This document shows positions 40,010-48,901 of a stretch of 64,000 nucleotides of DNA, one piece after another (position 1 is the stretch's first letter; the number at the start of each line of letters is the position of its first letter). A program made the translations under genes and the position numbers. The notes under the pieces were generated by a model. That model saw nothing but the letters and a program-made list of their open reading frames with translations. It was not told where the DNA came from and did no database searches. Source of the DNA: a virus; IMG/VR virus record IMGVR_UViG_3300013132_006127; one strand, given 5' to 3'.

Positions 40010-40438
40010 TTATTTGTCTGAAATTTTTGGTCTAACATCTATAAAAGCATTAACCTTGGTGGCAGGATCAACGAATACCCCGGTATTTCTAAAAGTTGTT
40101 ACCATAGCATCTATCGTTGCACTGACCAAGATCATCAAAAACGCTTTGACATGCTTATGTATAATAGGTTCTATCAGGTTAGGAACAAAAGGAACATCTA
40201 CTACTATGAATACACTATTATAAAACTTAGAAAGTAGTTCCATAGCTATGGCTTTTTTATCTTTACCAGCTAAATCAGCCGCACTATTTTCTATTATTTG
40301 TATTGTGCTAGCTATAGCTAATTGTAATATTTTCCAAGCTTGAGAAAGAGCTACAACCTTAACTTGATTTAGGGACTCTTTTGCTTGATTTACTAGTTTT
40401 TCTACTTCTTGGCTTACTACTTCTTTTACTTTTGACAT
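40010..40438 (-). CDS. Hypothetical protein
   Basis: GKDKKAIA amphipathic pattern seen in holin-like small proteins. Confidence 0.55.
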   Translation of the reverse strand: MSKVKEVVSQEVEKLVNQAKESLNQVKVVALSQAWKILQLAIASTIQIIENSAADLAGKDKKAIAMELLSKFYNSVFIVVDVPFVPNLIEPIIHKHVKAFLMILVSATIDAMVTTFRNTGVFVDPATKVNAFIDVRPKISDK

Positions 40439-40706
40439 TGGTTTTTTCCTCTGGTTTTTTCTCTATTGCTTTATTGTCTGCTTCTACAGCTATTTGCTTT
40501 ATTTCTTTTCTACTATTAATATACTTATATAAAATTGCTAATTGACCACCAATCAATATTATGCTCTCAACCCCATGACTAACATCTCTAATTAGATCTT
40601 CTTTTTGACTATTTTCTCCAATAATACCTATCAGGTATAAACCACTAAATAAAAAACTAACTACAGTGAACCAAAATTCACTAGTTCTATATCCTGGTTT
40701 TATCAT
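40359..40706 (-). CDS. Holin-like two-TM protein with basic C-terminal tail
   Basis: KPGYRTSEFW, two hydrophobic segments, Lys/Arg-rich tail. Confidence 0.5.
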   Translation of the reverse strand: MIKPGYRTSEFWFTVVSFLFSGLYLIGIIGENSQKEDLIRDVSHGVESIILIGGQLAILYKYINSRKEIKQIAVEADNKAIEKKPEEKTNVKSKRSSKPRSRKTSKSSKRVPKSS

Positions 40707-40714
40707 TTTGCTAC

Positions 40715-40945
40715 CTAGTCAATGTCTGGTATAATTGGTACCGGTGTTTCCGATGTGATTGGTAGACTTTTCAACCAATCTCCATAGTCAGCCCAATACT
40801 CACCTTCTTCACAATCTGTTAAAAAGTTAGCATTAATTAATAAAGTATTATTAGTACCTTGTACTGGAATAATTTGTCTATCAGAATGTTGAGCATTTAA
40901 CAGCTCAAGCTGTGGTATAAAATTTGTAGCATCTAGCCAGTTCAT
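40715..40945 (-). CDS. Hypothetical protein
   Basis: ATGA coupling to the upstream gene. Confidence 0.6.
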   Translation of the reverse strand: MNWLDATNFIPQLELLNAQHSDRQIIPVQGTNNTLLINANFLTDCEEGEYWADYGDWLKSLPITSETPVPIIPDID

Positions 40946-42285
40946 TGATTTCTTCCTAGTGTGGTCTGGAAAGTAGTTAAAGCTGTATATAATTGATTAT
41001 ATTGTGTTGATGTTAATGATCGTCCAATAGAATAAAATGATGATCCAGCCGGTTTACCTATCGAATAAACTGGTCCAGTAGTACCAGCCTGACGTAAACC
41101 CAATAAATAGGTTGTTAATGTAGAAACTGTAGCATTAGAATTTGTTGATGCATAATTTTCTACAAGAGCACCACTAGAACCACCGTAGGCTGTTACCGCA
41201 CCATCATTCATGACAGCACAAATTAAACCATTCGAAGTATAGTTAGATCCTGTAGTATCTTTGATAGCATAGGCTCTTAATTTGTCATTAGCAGAACTTG
41301 GAGGTGTGCTAAATCCTAATCTAGATCTATATCCATTAAAATATCCATCATTACCCATGATAGTAGAATTGTACTGAGTATAAGGATTACCAAAAACATA
41401 ACAAGCAAAATGAAAGTTTAATACATCTTCAAACATTGATGATGATATTGTGGTATCTAGACCGGTTCCAAAGCCAGTACCGCTTAAACCCCCAGTTAAA
41501 CCTGTCTCATTATAATCACTAGAAACTAAATTAAAATTTGTATCAACAACTGATCCGATTGTTGATCCTCCACTCGATGTAGATAAATATAATGGAATTA
41601 ATGAAGCAGCAAGGTTATTCCCACAAACGAGATTTAATCTATAAAATTTATCTCTTAATCCATAAGATTCAATAGAATTACAGAAATCACTTACAGCATT
41701 GAGAGTAGAGGTACTAACGGTTCCACCATTAGAAACCACTCTAGTTGCCCAGCTTAAAGCTTCGGCATTAGTCGAACCATTACTAGAAACAGAAACTGTT
41801 GGTGTTGCTGTAACTCCAGGGCTAGATGAACTAGACGGAGTTGGAGTAGATGTATTTGTTACACCAGGATTAGTAGTTGTGCTTGTATTAGTTGGTGTTG
41901 ATGTTTTAGTAGGAGTAGCAGTTGATGTTGCAGCAGGAGTTGATGTATTTGTAGGAGTAGCAGTTAATGTGGGTGCTGGTGTGGATGTTGATGTAACACT
42001 CGGAGTTGGAGTATTGGTTGGGGCATTTGTTGTAACAGGAGTAATGTTAGGATTGCCTCCGGAACTAGCTCCTCCTCCGTCTATGCCATCCCAAACATAA
42101 ACCATGGTTCCATTATAAAATCTATTACCATATTTATTTTGAATTGTTAATATAGTTGGATTAACATTAACGTTAGTATCTAGTGTAGAATACTGAGCTG
42201 TAAAACCCACACCAACAATACCCGTACCATTTTTTATAGGTTTATTAGATTTGGCTAAGGCAATATCTGTATATGGTCTAGTCAT
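40942..42285 (-). CDS. Putative virion protein with Thr/Pro/Ser mucin-like linker
   Basis: ~85-aa TPT-rich tract followed by a globular domain (ALSWATRVVSNGGTV...). Confidence 0.6.
   Translation of the reverse strand: MTRPYTDIALAKSNKPIKNGTGIVGVGFTAQYSTLDTNVNVNPTILTIQNKYGNRFYNGTMVYVWDGIDGGGASSGGNPNITPVTTNAPTNTPTPSVTSTSTPAPTLTATPTNTSTPAATSTATPTKTSTPTNTSTTTNPGVTNTSTPTPSSSSSPGVTATPTVSVSSNGSTNAEALSWATRVVSNGGTVSTSTLNAVSDFCNSIESYGLRDKFYRLNLVCGNNLAASLIPLYLSTSSGGSTIGSVVDTNFNLVSSDYNETGLTGGLSGTGFGTGLDTTISSSMFEDVLNFHFACYVFGNPYTQYNSTIMGNDGYFNGYRSRLGFSTPPSSANDKLRAYAIKDTTGSNYTSNGLICAVMNDGAVTAYGGSSGALVENYASTNSNATVSTLTTYLLGLRQAGTTGPVYSIGKPAGSSFYSIGRSLTSTQYNQLYTALTTFQTTLGRNQ
41790..42040 (-). repeat. Imperfect Thr-Pro-Ser low-complexity repeat (approximate bounds)
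   Basis: TPTPSVTSTSTPAPTLTATPTNTSTPAATSTATPTKTSTPTNTS... Confidence 0.75.
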
Positions 42286-42358
42286 TTTTTTCTCTATTAA
42301 AAGATAATTTTTACAATATATAACGTATATACACCAAAGTTAAAACAATAAAATATAA

Positions 42359-42738
42359 TCAAATTAGACCAAGTATACTTGATCCATTTACTCCTCGCCC
42401 TTTATTTAGATTTGTGCTTACAACCGACCCAGCGTTAATTACATTTGGAATAATACTACCTCCTTCTAGAGTAACAGTGCCTCCCGAGCCATTACCCATA
42501 CCACCCGAACCTCCTAAACATGATACATTTCCGCTTCTACTATTTAGAAAAAAACACTTCCACCAGGACCCCCATAATCACCACCGTTTCCGTCACAAGA
42601 GATAGTGCCGCTTACAATACTATTGTATAAATATATAGATCCTCCGCTACCCCCATTACCTCCATTAGTTCCATATCCTCCACTACTAGTAACATGTCCG
42701 CTAGTATGTAAATTATGATATTGATATTTTATTGACAT
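42359..42738 (-). pseudogene. Gly-rich repeat protein interrupted by a frameshift at a T7 run (programmed -1 shift, slippage or assembly error)
   Basis: ORF stops at ...GTT TTT TTC TAA; the -1 frame continues LNSRSGNVSCLGGSGG...RGVNGSSILGLI to TGA at 42359. Confidence 0.7.
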
Positions 42739-42747
42739 TTTTATATC

Positions 42748-44184
42748 CTATGGTATAAGATTTACATCTAAAGATTGAACAACAGGATCATATTCGTTAC
42801 CCCATCTTACTTGACTAATATTTGCAACAGCTGACCAACGAATATTTTGTTCAGCCACTCCTGTTATTTCTACACTTAATGACTCAACACTTATTGATCC
42901 ATATATGGTGCTATCTTGACCGTATGAGGTAGTAATAAGACGAGCATTGGCAGCAGCCATTGATCCTTCACTGTCACTTTCTGTAATAATGCTTCCGATA
43001 AAATTAACAGATCCATTAGCATCGCATTTAGCTCCACCTCTAAAAATCCACCAAGCACTATCTCCACTAGATGCGTTAAATGCACTAACCTTAATATCAA
43101 AAGTCCATGTGGTATTACGAGGTATTCTCATAGTATTGAGATTACCATCAACGCCACCATCTGTAGTTAATACCAAGTTTGCTGCCGTATTACCGAAAGA
43201 AGAAGATGTCTCTCTTCTTAAGACATATACTATATTTTGGGAATCTCCTGGTATAGCAAAATCACCAGCGCTTTGTCTGATTTTAATACCATCGAATGTA
43301 AAATTAGCTTCGGCATTGATACCTGTATTGGTTCCAGTACTAGTTAGTAGTCTGTTGTTACCATAATTACTAATACTTACTCCAGTTTGTTGTCCGCTTG
43401 CTGATACGGTAAATTGACCATTACTAGAAGATACTGAAATACCAGAACCAGCTATAACATTTTTGACTGGATAAGGAATATTGGGTATATCTCTACCATC
43501 GATATTTAATCTATATCCGGGTCCAACATCTGTCCAATAAGTAGTATTAGTAACAGCAATACTTTCATTTTCATAATTAGCTTTATATAAACGTCCATTA
43601 ACATAGACTAAATCATTAACTAAATATCTAGTACCATCAGCTATTGTATGATTTAGACTCCAAGGAACAGCAGCATCGTATGCGGGTGGAATCAAACCAC
43701 TAACAGAGCTATTAAAATTTGTAATATCCGATGTTGTATGAGTATGTCCGGTAACACTAATACCAGATCCATTAATTAATAAAGAAGTAAAATTACCGCT
43801 ACTGCTCGGAACCCAAAGCTGACTACCAGAATTATATTGCAAAAATTGACCATTGGTAACTCCGCTAATTGCAACTTGGTCAAATGGATTACCACCTATA
43901 GAAGTATTAGTTATTGTTAAACTATTATTTTCATCATCATAATTGAAAGAAATACCACTACCAGCAATAAAAAAACTAGACAGATTATCTTGAATTGCTT
44001 CAAAATCTATAATAGTTCCGCCGTCGCCGCCCAAATATTCTAGATTTGTCCAAACAGTACTACCATCTCCTATTTTTAGTTTTTTGGTATCTGTTTCATA
44101 TCCTGGTTCTCCAGAACGTAGCACTGGATTAATACTGTTCCATTCCGTTGATGTTGCTCTTCTAAGTTTAATAGTAACAGCCAT
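42748..44184 (-). CDS. Tail fibre/receptor-binding-like protein with Mtd_N (hyaluronidase-N-type) anchor and a CBM5/12-like module
   Basis: IKLRRATSTEWNSINPVLRSGEPGYETDTKKLKIGDG..W..L; YLVNDLVYVNGRLYKA...YW. Confidence 0.75.
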   Translation of the reverse strand: MAVTIKLRRATSTEWNSINPVLRSGEPGYETDTKKLKIGDGSTVWTNLEYLGGDGGTIIDFEAIQDNLSSFFIAGSGISFNYDDENNSLTITNTSIGGNPFDQVAISGVTNGQFLQYNSGSQLWVPSSSGNFTSLLINGSGISVTGHTHTTSDITNFNSSVSGLIPPAYDAAVPWSLNHTIADGTRYLVNDLVYVNGRLYKANYENESIAVTNTTYWTDVGPGYRLNIDGRDIPNIPYPVKNVIAGSGISVSSSNGQFTVSASGQQTGVSISNYGNNRLLTSTGTNTGINAEANFTFDGIKIRQSAGDFAIPGDSQNIVYVLRRETSSSFGNTAANLVLTTDGGVDGNLNTMRIPRNTTWTFDIKVSAFNASSGDSAWWIFRGGAKCDANGSVNFIGSIITESDSEGSMAAANARLITTSYGQDSTIYGSISVESLSVEITGVAEQNIRWSAVANISQVRWGNEYDPVVQSLDVNLIP

Positions 44185-44233
44185 ATAATCTTTCTTTTAA
44201 ATTGTTAGAACAGTCTAGAATAGGATACACCTT

Positions 44234-44551
44234 CTATTTCTCTATTCTGTCCTCAAGAGCTTCTAAGGTTTTTCCCAACATAGCTATTTGTATTTTTAAT
44301 TCAGTCATTACTTCTGTGTTCCTTTGTAGAGCTGCGGCAAAAGCTGCTTGGGCCTCTTTGTTACTAGCCAATCTTTCCATAATAAATTGTCTATCATGAA
44401 TATAAGGAGATTGTGTTTCTATCATATGAGAAACTTCTGCTTTTGTAGCCATATTACGACCAATAGTAATCCAAAAACCGATCATTGTTACTATAATACC
44501 AATCGCTGTTGTAGCGATGTTTTCCCAAAAATGAATAATGGTTTCAGACAT
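44234..44551 (-). CDS. N-terminal TM plus coiled-coil protein
   Basis: Hydrophobic segment then heptad C-terminus; GGAGA RBS. Confidence 0.6.
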   Translation of the reverse strand: MSETIIHFWENIATTAIGIIVTMIGFWITIGRNMATKAEVSHMIETQSPYIHDRQFIMERLASNKEAQAAFAAALQRNTEVMTELKIQIAMLGKTLEALEDRIEK

Positions 44552-44572
44552 ACTTTATCTCCTATGTTAAAG

Positions 44573-44609
44573 ATTAAGCCAACGATACACGCGGCATCAT
44601 TGGCTTAAT
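44573..44609 (-). terminator. Long hairpin, probable terminator after 44638..45165
   Basis: Minus strand ATTAAGCCAATGAT...ATCGTTGGCTTAAT stem with G-U pairs, then CTTT. Confidence 0.65.
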
Positions 44610-44637
44610 ATGTATCGACAATAATGAAAAAATTAAT

Positions 44638-45165
44638 TCAGCTTGTTTTAGCTTTATAGTTAGCCGATACTGGAGTACCACCCTTGGTAAAGACTAGTGT
44701 GCCAGGAACACTTCTACTTAGTACAGCAGCATCATCTGTTGCAACCGTGTCGAGCGAACTAGTAGGAGCAGGATCGTACTTGCCTGTGTAAAGGTTGAAT
44801 TGACCATTACGGAAAGCAGTACTAGTATATACAGTTCTATATGCAGTTCTGCTTAGTGGTGTTCTGATAAGACTAGGTGTGCCAGCCGTGCCAGCCATAA
44901 GACTAGTAATCTTTGGAGCAACTGGTGTTCTACTATTTTTAGCTAAAACATTTGCTGAAACAGCCTTATCAACAACAGTGTTATCAACAACTGTTGAACC
45001 GAAAACACCAGCGTCGTATCTGGTAACTGCCACATCTGTTAGCTTTGAAGAGCCCGAGCCCCCTCTAGCCACTGTGCCGTGATCGTTTGATGCTCCGCTA
45101 CCTTTAACATTTGGGGGAACACTATATGAGGAACCATCTACTTGTTGAAGTGAAACTTTAGCCAT
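44638..45165 (-). CDS. Hypothetical, probably highly expressed/structural protein; start refined to MAKVSL
   Basis: AAGGAG RBS before MAKVSL; Ala/Gly/Ser/Thr-rich; own terminator. Confidence 0.6.
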   Translation of the reverse strand: MAKVSLQQVDGSSYSVPPNVKGSGASNDHGTVARGGSGSSKLTDVAVTRYDAGVFGSTVVDNTVVDKAVSANVLAKNSRTPVAPKITSLMAGTAGTPSLIRTPLSRTAYRTVYTSTAFRNGQFNLYTGKYDPAPTSSLDTVATDDAAVLSRSVPGTLVFTKGGTPVSANYKAKTS

Positions 45166-45234
45166 TGTAGCTCCTTGAAAATATTTTTCTGTAGGATGTA
45201 TCAATCACTAAATAATACCCCAATATATAAAAAG

Positions 45235-45882
45235 TTATATGTTTTTGGTTATAAGCTCCAAACCATTGATAGAATTTACCTTGATTCCATACAAATCGGC
45301 CTTTTTGACTACAGCAGCTTGATGACTATTCCACAAATTTCCAGTACATATAATTTTAATTTGAGCAACTTTTTTATTAATTAATGCACTAGCAATAATA
45401 TTGTCATTAATATCGTCTAATGAGCTTGATGTTGACGGATATATCACCGCCACTCCACTTGCTATAAAGATTTGAGCGATTTTGTATAATGTATCATAAG
45501 AAAAAATTCTATAATCAACCATATATCTTAATTCTACGTTATTTTCTATACAAAGATCTAGATTAGCTTTAATATCGTCTCTTATTCTGTCATACTTTCT
45601 ATTACACATAGAATGTGAGGGGACAACTAGCTCTATAATGTCGGCTCCGTTTTTAATTGAATATTCGACAGCTGCTAGTCTGCTTTTAATATCCAATAGA
45701 CCCATAGGATAATCTATAGGGGTTGATAACTTAATGGGTTTTTGTACAACTGTTTTTGCACACTTAAGAAATTGAGGAAACACCGATACACTAGATATAG
45801 GAAAAGTAATAGCTTTCATTAGATTAGCTTTTATCTCTTCGTCATTACTGGCTATATCATAGTAGCTATATTCTATTTCCAT
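45235..45882 (-). CDS. DeoC/DERA-like TIM barrel lacking the catalytic lysines
   Basis: IDYPMG, KNGADIIELV; DFVKTSTG equivalent reads AVIYPSTS. Confidence 0.75.
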   Translation of the reverse strand: MEIEYSYYDIASNDEEIKANLMKAITFPISSVSVFPQFLKCAKTVVQKPIKLSTPIDYPMGLLDIKSRLAAVEYSIKNGADIIELVVPSHSMCNRKYDRIRDDIKANLDLCIENNVELRYMVDYRIFSYDTLYKIAQIFIASGVAVIYPSTSSSLDDINDNIIASALINKKVAQIKIICTGNLWNSHQAAVVKKADLYGIKVNSINGLELITKNI

Positions 45883-46559
45883 TTTTTAATAATAGTTTTG
45901 AGTGCATCGATATTAGGGAATTGTTTACTGCCAAGAATACCGTCTGCAAAACCATAATCCACGGCTTCTTGTGCCGTAAGAATCCAATCGCATTTATTAG
46001 CCAATTGAGAGACTATATGTTTTCTTGCCATCATTCTTTTCCAATTTTTTTCTTTGGAAATACGACTATTCATACACCTATCAGTAAACATATCTATCAT
46101 CTTATCGCACTCTTTTTCATTCCACTGAATACCGCTAGCGGCTGCTTTTGAGTGTTCTTCATTGATACTAAAAGAACCATAATGAATTAATACATTTGTA
46201 TTTGGCATTAATATTCTCAAACTTGGGGCTTGTAATAAAATACTACTACAAGATTCGGCTTTAGCATAAGCAACAATAATGGTTTTAGCTTTTGATGATT
46301 TTATTGTATCATACATTCCCAAACAGTCTTGCCATTCACCTCCCGGTATGTGCATATGAATTAGAATTGGTTCTAATGAAAGAAGATTTAAATATCTCAT
46401 ATTTTTTTCAAAGTTAATAGCGGCTCGATATTCGACACCGGGCTCTTCTTCAATATCTCCTATATGGGAATGAAGATATATTTCTCTATTAACTGGATCA
46501 ATATTATATTGATGTATAGATTCTATTGAAGGTTGTTCTAAGTGCTCTTTTGAAACCAT
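45873..46559 (-). CDS. clpP: ClpP-like protease subunit
   Basis: HIPGG, AESCSS (Ser), LIHYG (His), DWILTAQEAVDYGFADGI (Asp). Confidence 0.85.
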   Translation of the reverse strand: MVSKEHLEQPSIESIHQYNIDPVNREIYLHSHIGDIEEEPGVEYRAAINFEKNMRYLNLLSLEPILIHMHIPGGEWQDCLGMYDTIKSSKAKTIIVAYAKAESCSSILLQAPSLRILMPNTNVLIHYGSFSINEEHSKAAASGIQWNEKECDKMIDMFTDRCMNSRISKEKNWKRMMARKHIVSQLANKCDWILTAQEAVDYGFADGILGSKQFPNIDALKTIIKKWK

Positions 46560-46562
46560 ATT

Positions 46563-47021
46563 TTATCCTAGAATTTCATATACATTATCATTGATTTTTT
46601 TCATTACGGTTTTGTCTTCAAATAGTTTACCAATGGCTATCCTAAATCTGTATCTAGTGAATACGTCAAGTATCTCTACTCCATCACTGTCTTCTATAGT
46701 CTTAGCTACTTTTGAAGTGATGTTGAAATTGGTATGACCTACCCAAAAATTAAAAATTTTACTACAAGCAGTATGCTCATTGTACGGAATGATACCCATA
46801 GGAGTAGCAATAACTTGAATAGGATTGGAAGTTGATGTAATCATTTTATTTAATACAGTATCCTGTTCGTCTTCATTATCCATAATATTTTCTTTATCTG
46901 TGTCTTCGAAATCGTCCGATACATCATGATCCTTATACCCTGGCCACTCAATATCCTCTGGATTTTTACCAAAAGGATCCACCCATTTCTGCCAAACTAT
47001 CATAGGTTTATAACTTGTCAT
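46563..47021 (-). CDS. Hypothetical protein
   Basis: WQKWVDP...FNFWVGHTNF...TRYRFRIAIG; in operon. Confidence 0.65.
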   Translation of the reverse strand: MTSYKPMIVWQKWVDPFGKNPEDIEWPGYKDHDVSDDFEDTDKENIMDNEDEQDTVLNKMITSTSNPIQVIATPMGIIPYNEHTACSKIFNFWVGHTNFNITSKVAKTIEDSDGVEILDVFTRYRFRIAIGKLFEDKTVMKKINDNVYEILG

Positions 47022-47440
47022 TTATTAAAAACCCTCGAAGGTCTAATTAGAGGTTCATTAGCTGAATTTTTATTATTTCTATTCTTTTCTGTATCGAGAA
47101 GAGTTAAATAGAAAACAATATTGTCAAAAAATAGTTTTTCCTCTGCATTATATTCTGTCTCTTCTTGTATTAAAGAAAGTGTTTGTTTTTGTAGTCTTCC
47201 GCTATTAATAATATGTAAAAATTCTGCTACTACCATTGAGCTATTATTCATAGCTTTAATATTTCCTTTTTCAAGATCTGGTAGTTTGCAATAAATATCA
47301 ATCTCTTTATTATCGTTTAAGCAAAAAGATAATTGACATAAATAATTTTTATGTATATATTCAATAGTTTTAGCTTGTGTTTTTGTTTTTTGGGTAAAAA
47401 ACGAAACAATATACGATATAATTTTTTTTATTATTTGCAT
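47018..47440 (-). CDS. Hypothetical protein
   Basis: Overlap-coupled ORF. Confidence 0.6.
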   Translation of the reverse strand: MQIIKKIISYIVSFFTQKTKTQAKTIEYIHKNYLCQLSFCLNDNKEIDIYCKLPDLEKGNIKAMNNSSMVVAEFLHIINSGRLQKQTLSLIQEETEYNAEEKLFFDNIVFYLTLLDTEKNRNNKNSANEPLIRPSRVFNK

Positions 47441-47814
47441 TAGACAAAATATTTTAAATGACAGAAAAAAGCATCATCTATACATAGTAAATCAAAATTA
47501 ATCAGAGCGGCTTCTTGTGGATCAACAATTTTGATACTGTCATAAGGAATAGAAAAATAGTAAAATATTTCTAAATTATTATCTTTGTTTCTAATCTTAT
47601 TATAGAGATTAATTTTTAGCCATTCAGGATTAACTTTGATATGTTTAGAAATACATTCTTTAATTAATAGGGATATATCACTTGAAAAATCATTAATTAC
47701 ATAAGGTAAAGAAATTCCAGCTGGATTATCTTTATCGTTAACAACTATAGTGTAGTATTTACCATTAAGAACATCTATAGCGATAGGTACTATAAAAAAT
47801 TTGCTGTCTTTCAT
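47440..47814 (-). CDS. Hypothetical protein
   Basis: Overlap-coupled ORF. Confidence 0.55.
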   Translation of the reverse strand: MKDSKFFIVPIAIDVLNGKYYTIVVNDKDNPAGISLPYVINDFSSDISLLIKECISKHIKVNPEWLKINLYNKIRNKDNNLEIFYYFSIPYDSIKIVDPQEAALINFDLLCIDDAFFCHLKYFV

Positions 47815-48401
47815 GCTGTTGCCATACTAGATTGGAAAAGAGTAATTGCTTTTTTGATATTCTGTCTCACCGCCTCCCTAGTAACACCGTATTTCTGTCC
47901 TATGGCGTTTAGTGTCATATCATCAAAAAAATACATTTTGAGTTGATCTTTTTGTTTTTCCGTTATCATTGGGGAGTTTAACAGCTCGTCTATGCAATTA
48001 GAGAGATTTTCCTTCTCTTCGTTCTCGATAATGATTTCCAAAGGATCTCTTTCTGAGCCAGACAAAAAATCGTAAGAGGAGGTATTATTTTCCGATAAAT
48101 TGATATTATCTAATGAGTATGACTTTTTAGTTTTATACTTTTTAGTAACATAGGTTTGTATTGCCCAAATAGCGCACTGATTTCTATAAGCATATTTGGT
48201 TTTTTGTAAACCTGTTTTTCCAACTCTATCCTTATCCCACTTCCAGTCCGCTTGCATAATAGCTGTTGCAACATCGGATATTGCGTCTTCGTTGGAAAGC
48301 ATCTCATTTCTAAGTGAACCATAAAACTTTCCAGAAAATTTTGATATGGTCTTTTTAGCTAAATCTATATATGTAGACAGAGAATCAAACTGTTTATCCA
48401 T
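47811..48401 (-). CDS. Phage RNA polymerase sigma factor (sigma70 regions 2 and 4)
   Basis: MTLNAIGQKYGVTREAVRQNIKKA region-4 HTH; ADWKWD...YAY region-2-like segment. Confidence 0.8.
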   Translation of the reverse strand: MDKQFDSLSTYIDLAKKTISKFSGKFYGSLRNEMLSNEDAISDVATAIMQADWKWDKDRVGKTGLQKTKYAYRNQCAIWAIQTYVTKKYKTKKSYSLDNINLSENNTSSYDFLSGSERDPLEIIIENEEKENLSNCIDELLNSPMITEKQKDQLKMYFFDDMTLNAIGQKYGVTREAVRQNIKKAITLFQSSMATA

Positions 48402-48432
48402 TAGTGTGTCCTTGTTATGTAATGAGCCTAAA

Positions 48433-48897
48433 TTACTTTGTTAACTTCTTCCAGGTGTCCGGGTCTGGTCTATCTTTATCTCCTGGTTTAGCTGGTTTAT
48501 AATTTTTACCTTCTTTTTCTTTTTTCTTTCTGATATTATCCCATAAGCCTCTTTTACTCTGGGCGCTAGGAGTAGTATCGGACGCATCTGATACGAACAT
48601 GACAAAATCATGAATCGTTCTCATATAGTCCTCGGTAATGGCTATTTTACCTTGTAGCCAGCTCTCTGTCAAGTTTTCCGCGACTTTTGGATCGGTAAGA
48701 CGCTCAAGTATTTTTGTAGCATGATTAGCTATCGCTCTGATAGAACCCACACTCATTTCATAAAAATCTTTTTTGTACTCTTTCATTTCATGATCTGGGG
48801 TTTCTACTTCGACTTCTTCTATATCAAGAAAATCCCCATCATCTGCTTTAGAAAAAAACGAAGTGATAGAATTCAAAAGAAAGTGTATACGTTCCAT
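48433..48897 (-). CDS. Hypothetical protein with basic C-terminus
   Basis: GLWDNIRKKK...KPGDKDRP. Confidence 0.6.
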   Translation of the reverse strand: MERIHFLLNSITSFFSKADDGDFLDIEEVEVETPDHEMKEYKKDFYEMSVGSIRAIANHATKILERLTDPKVAENLTESWLQGKIAITEDYMRTIHDFVMFVSDASDTTPSAQSKRGLWDNIRKKKEKEGKNYKPAKPGDKDRPDPDTWKKLTK

Positions 48898-48901
48898 TTT
48901 A

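Noticed and set aside
41699-42100. Plus-strand Val/Gly-rich 133-aa ORF
   Set aside because: Antisense shadow of the Thr/Pro tract
42748-44184. Diversity-generating retroelement suggested by the Mtd_N domain
   Set aside because: No reverse transcriptase or TR/VR repeat pair in the window; Mtd_N is only an anchor domain
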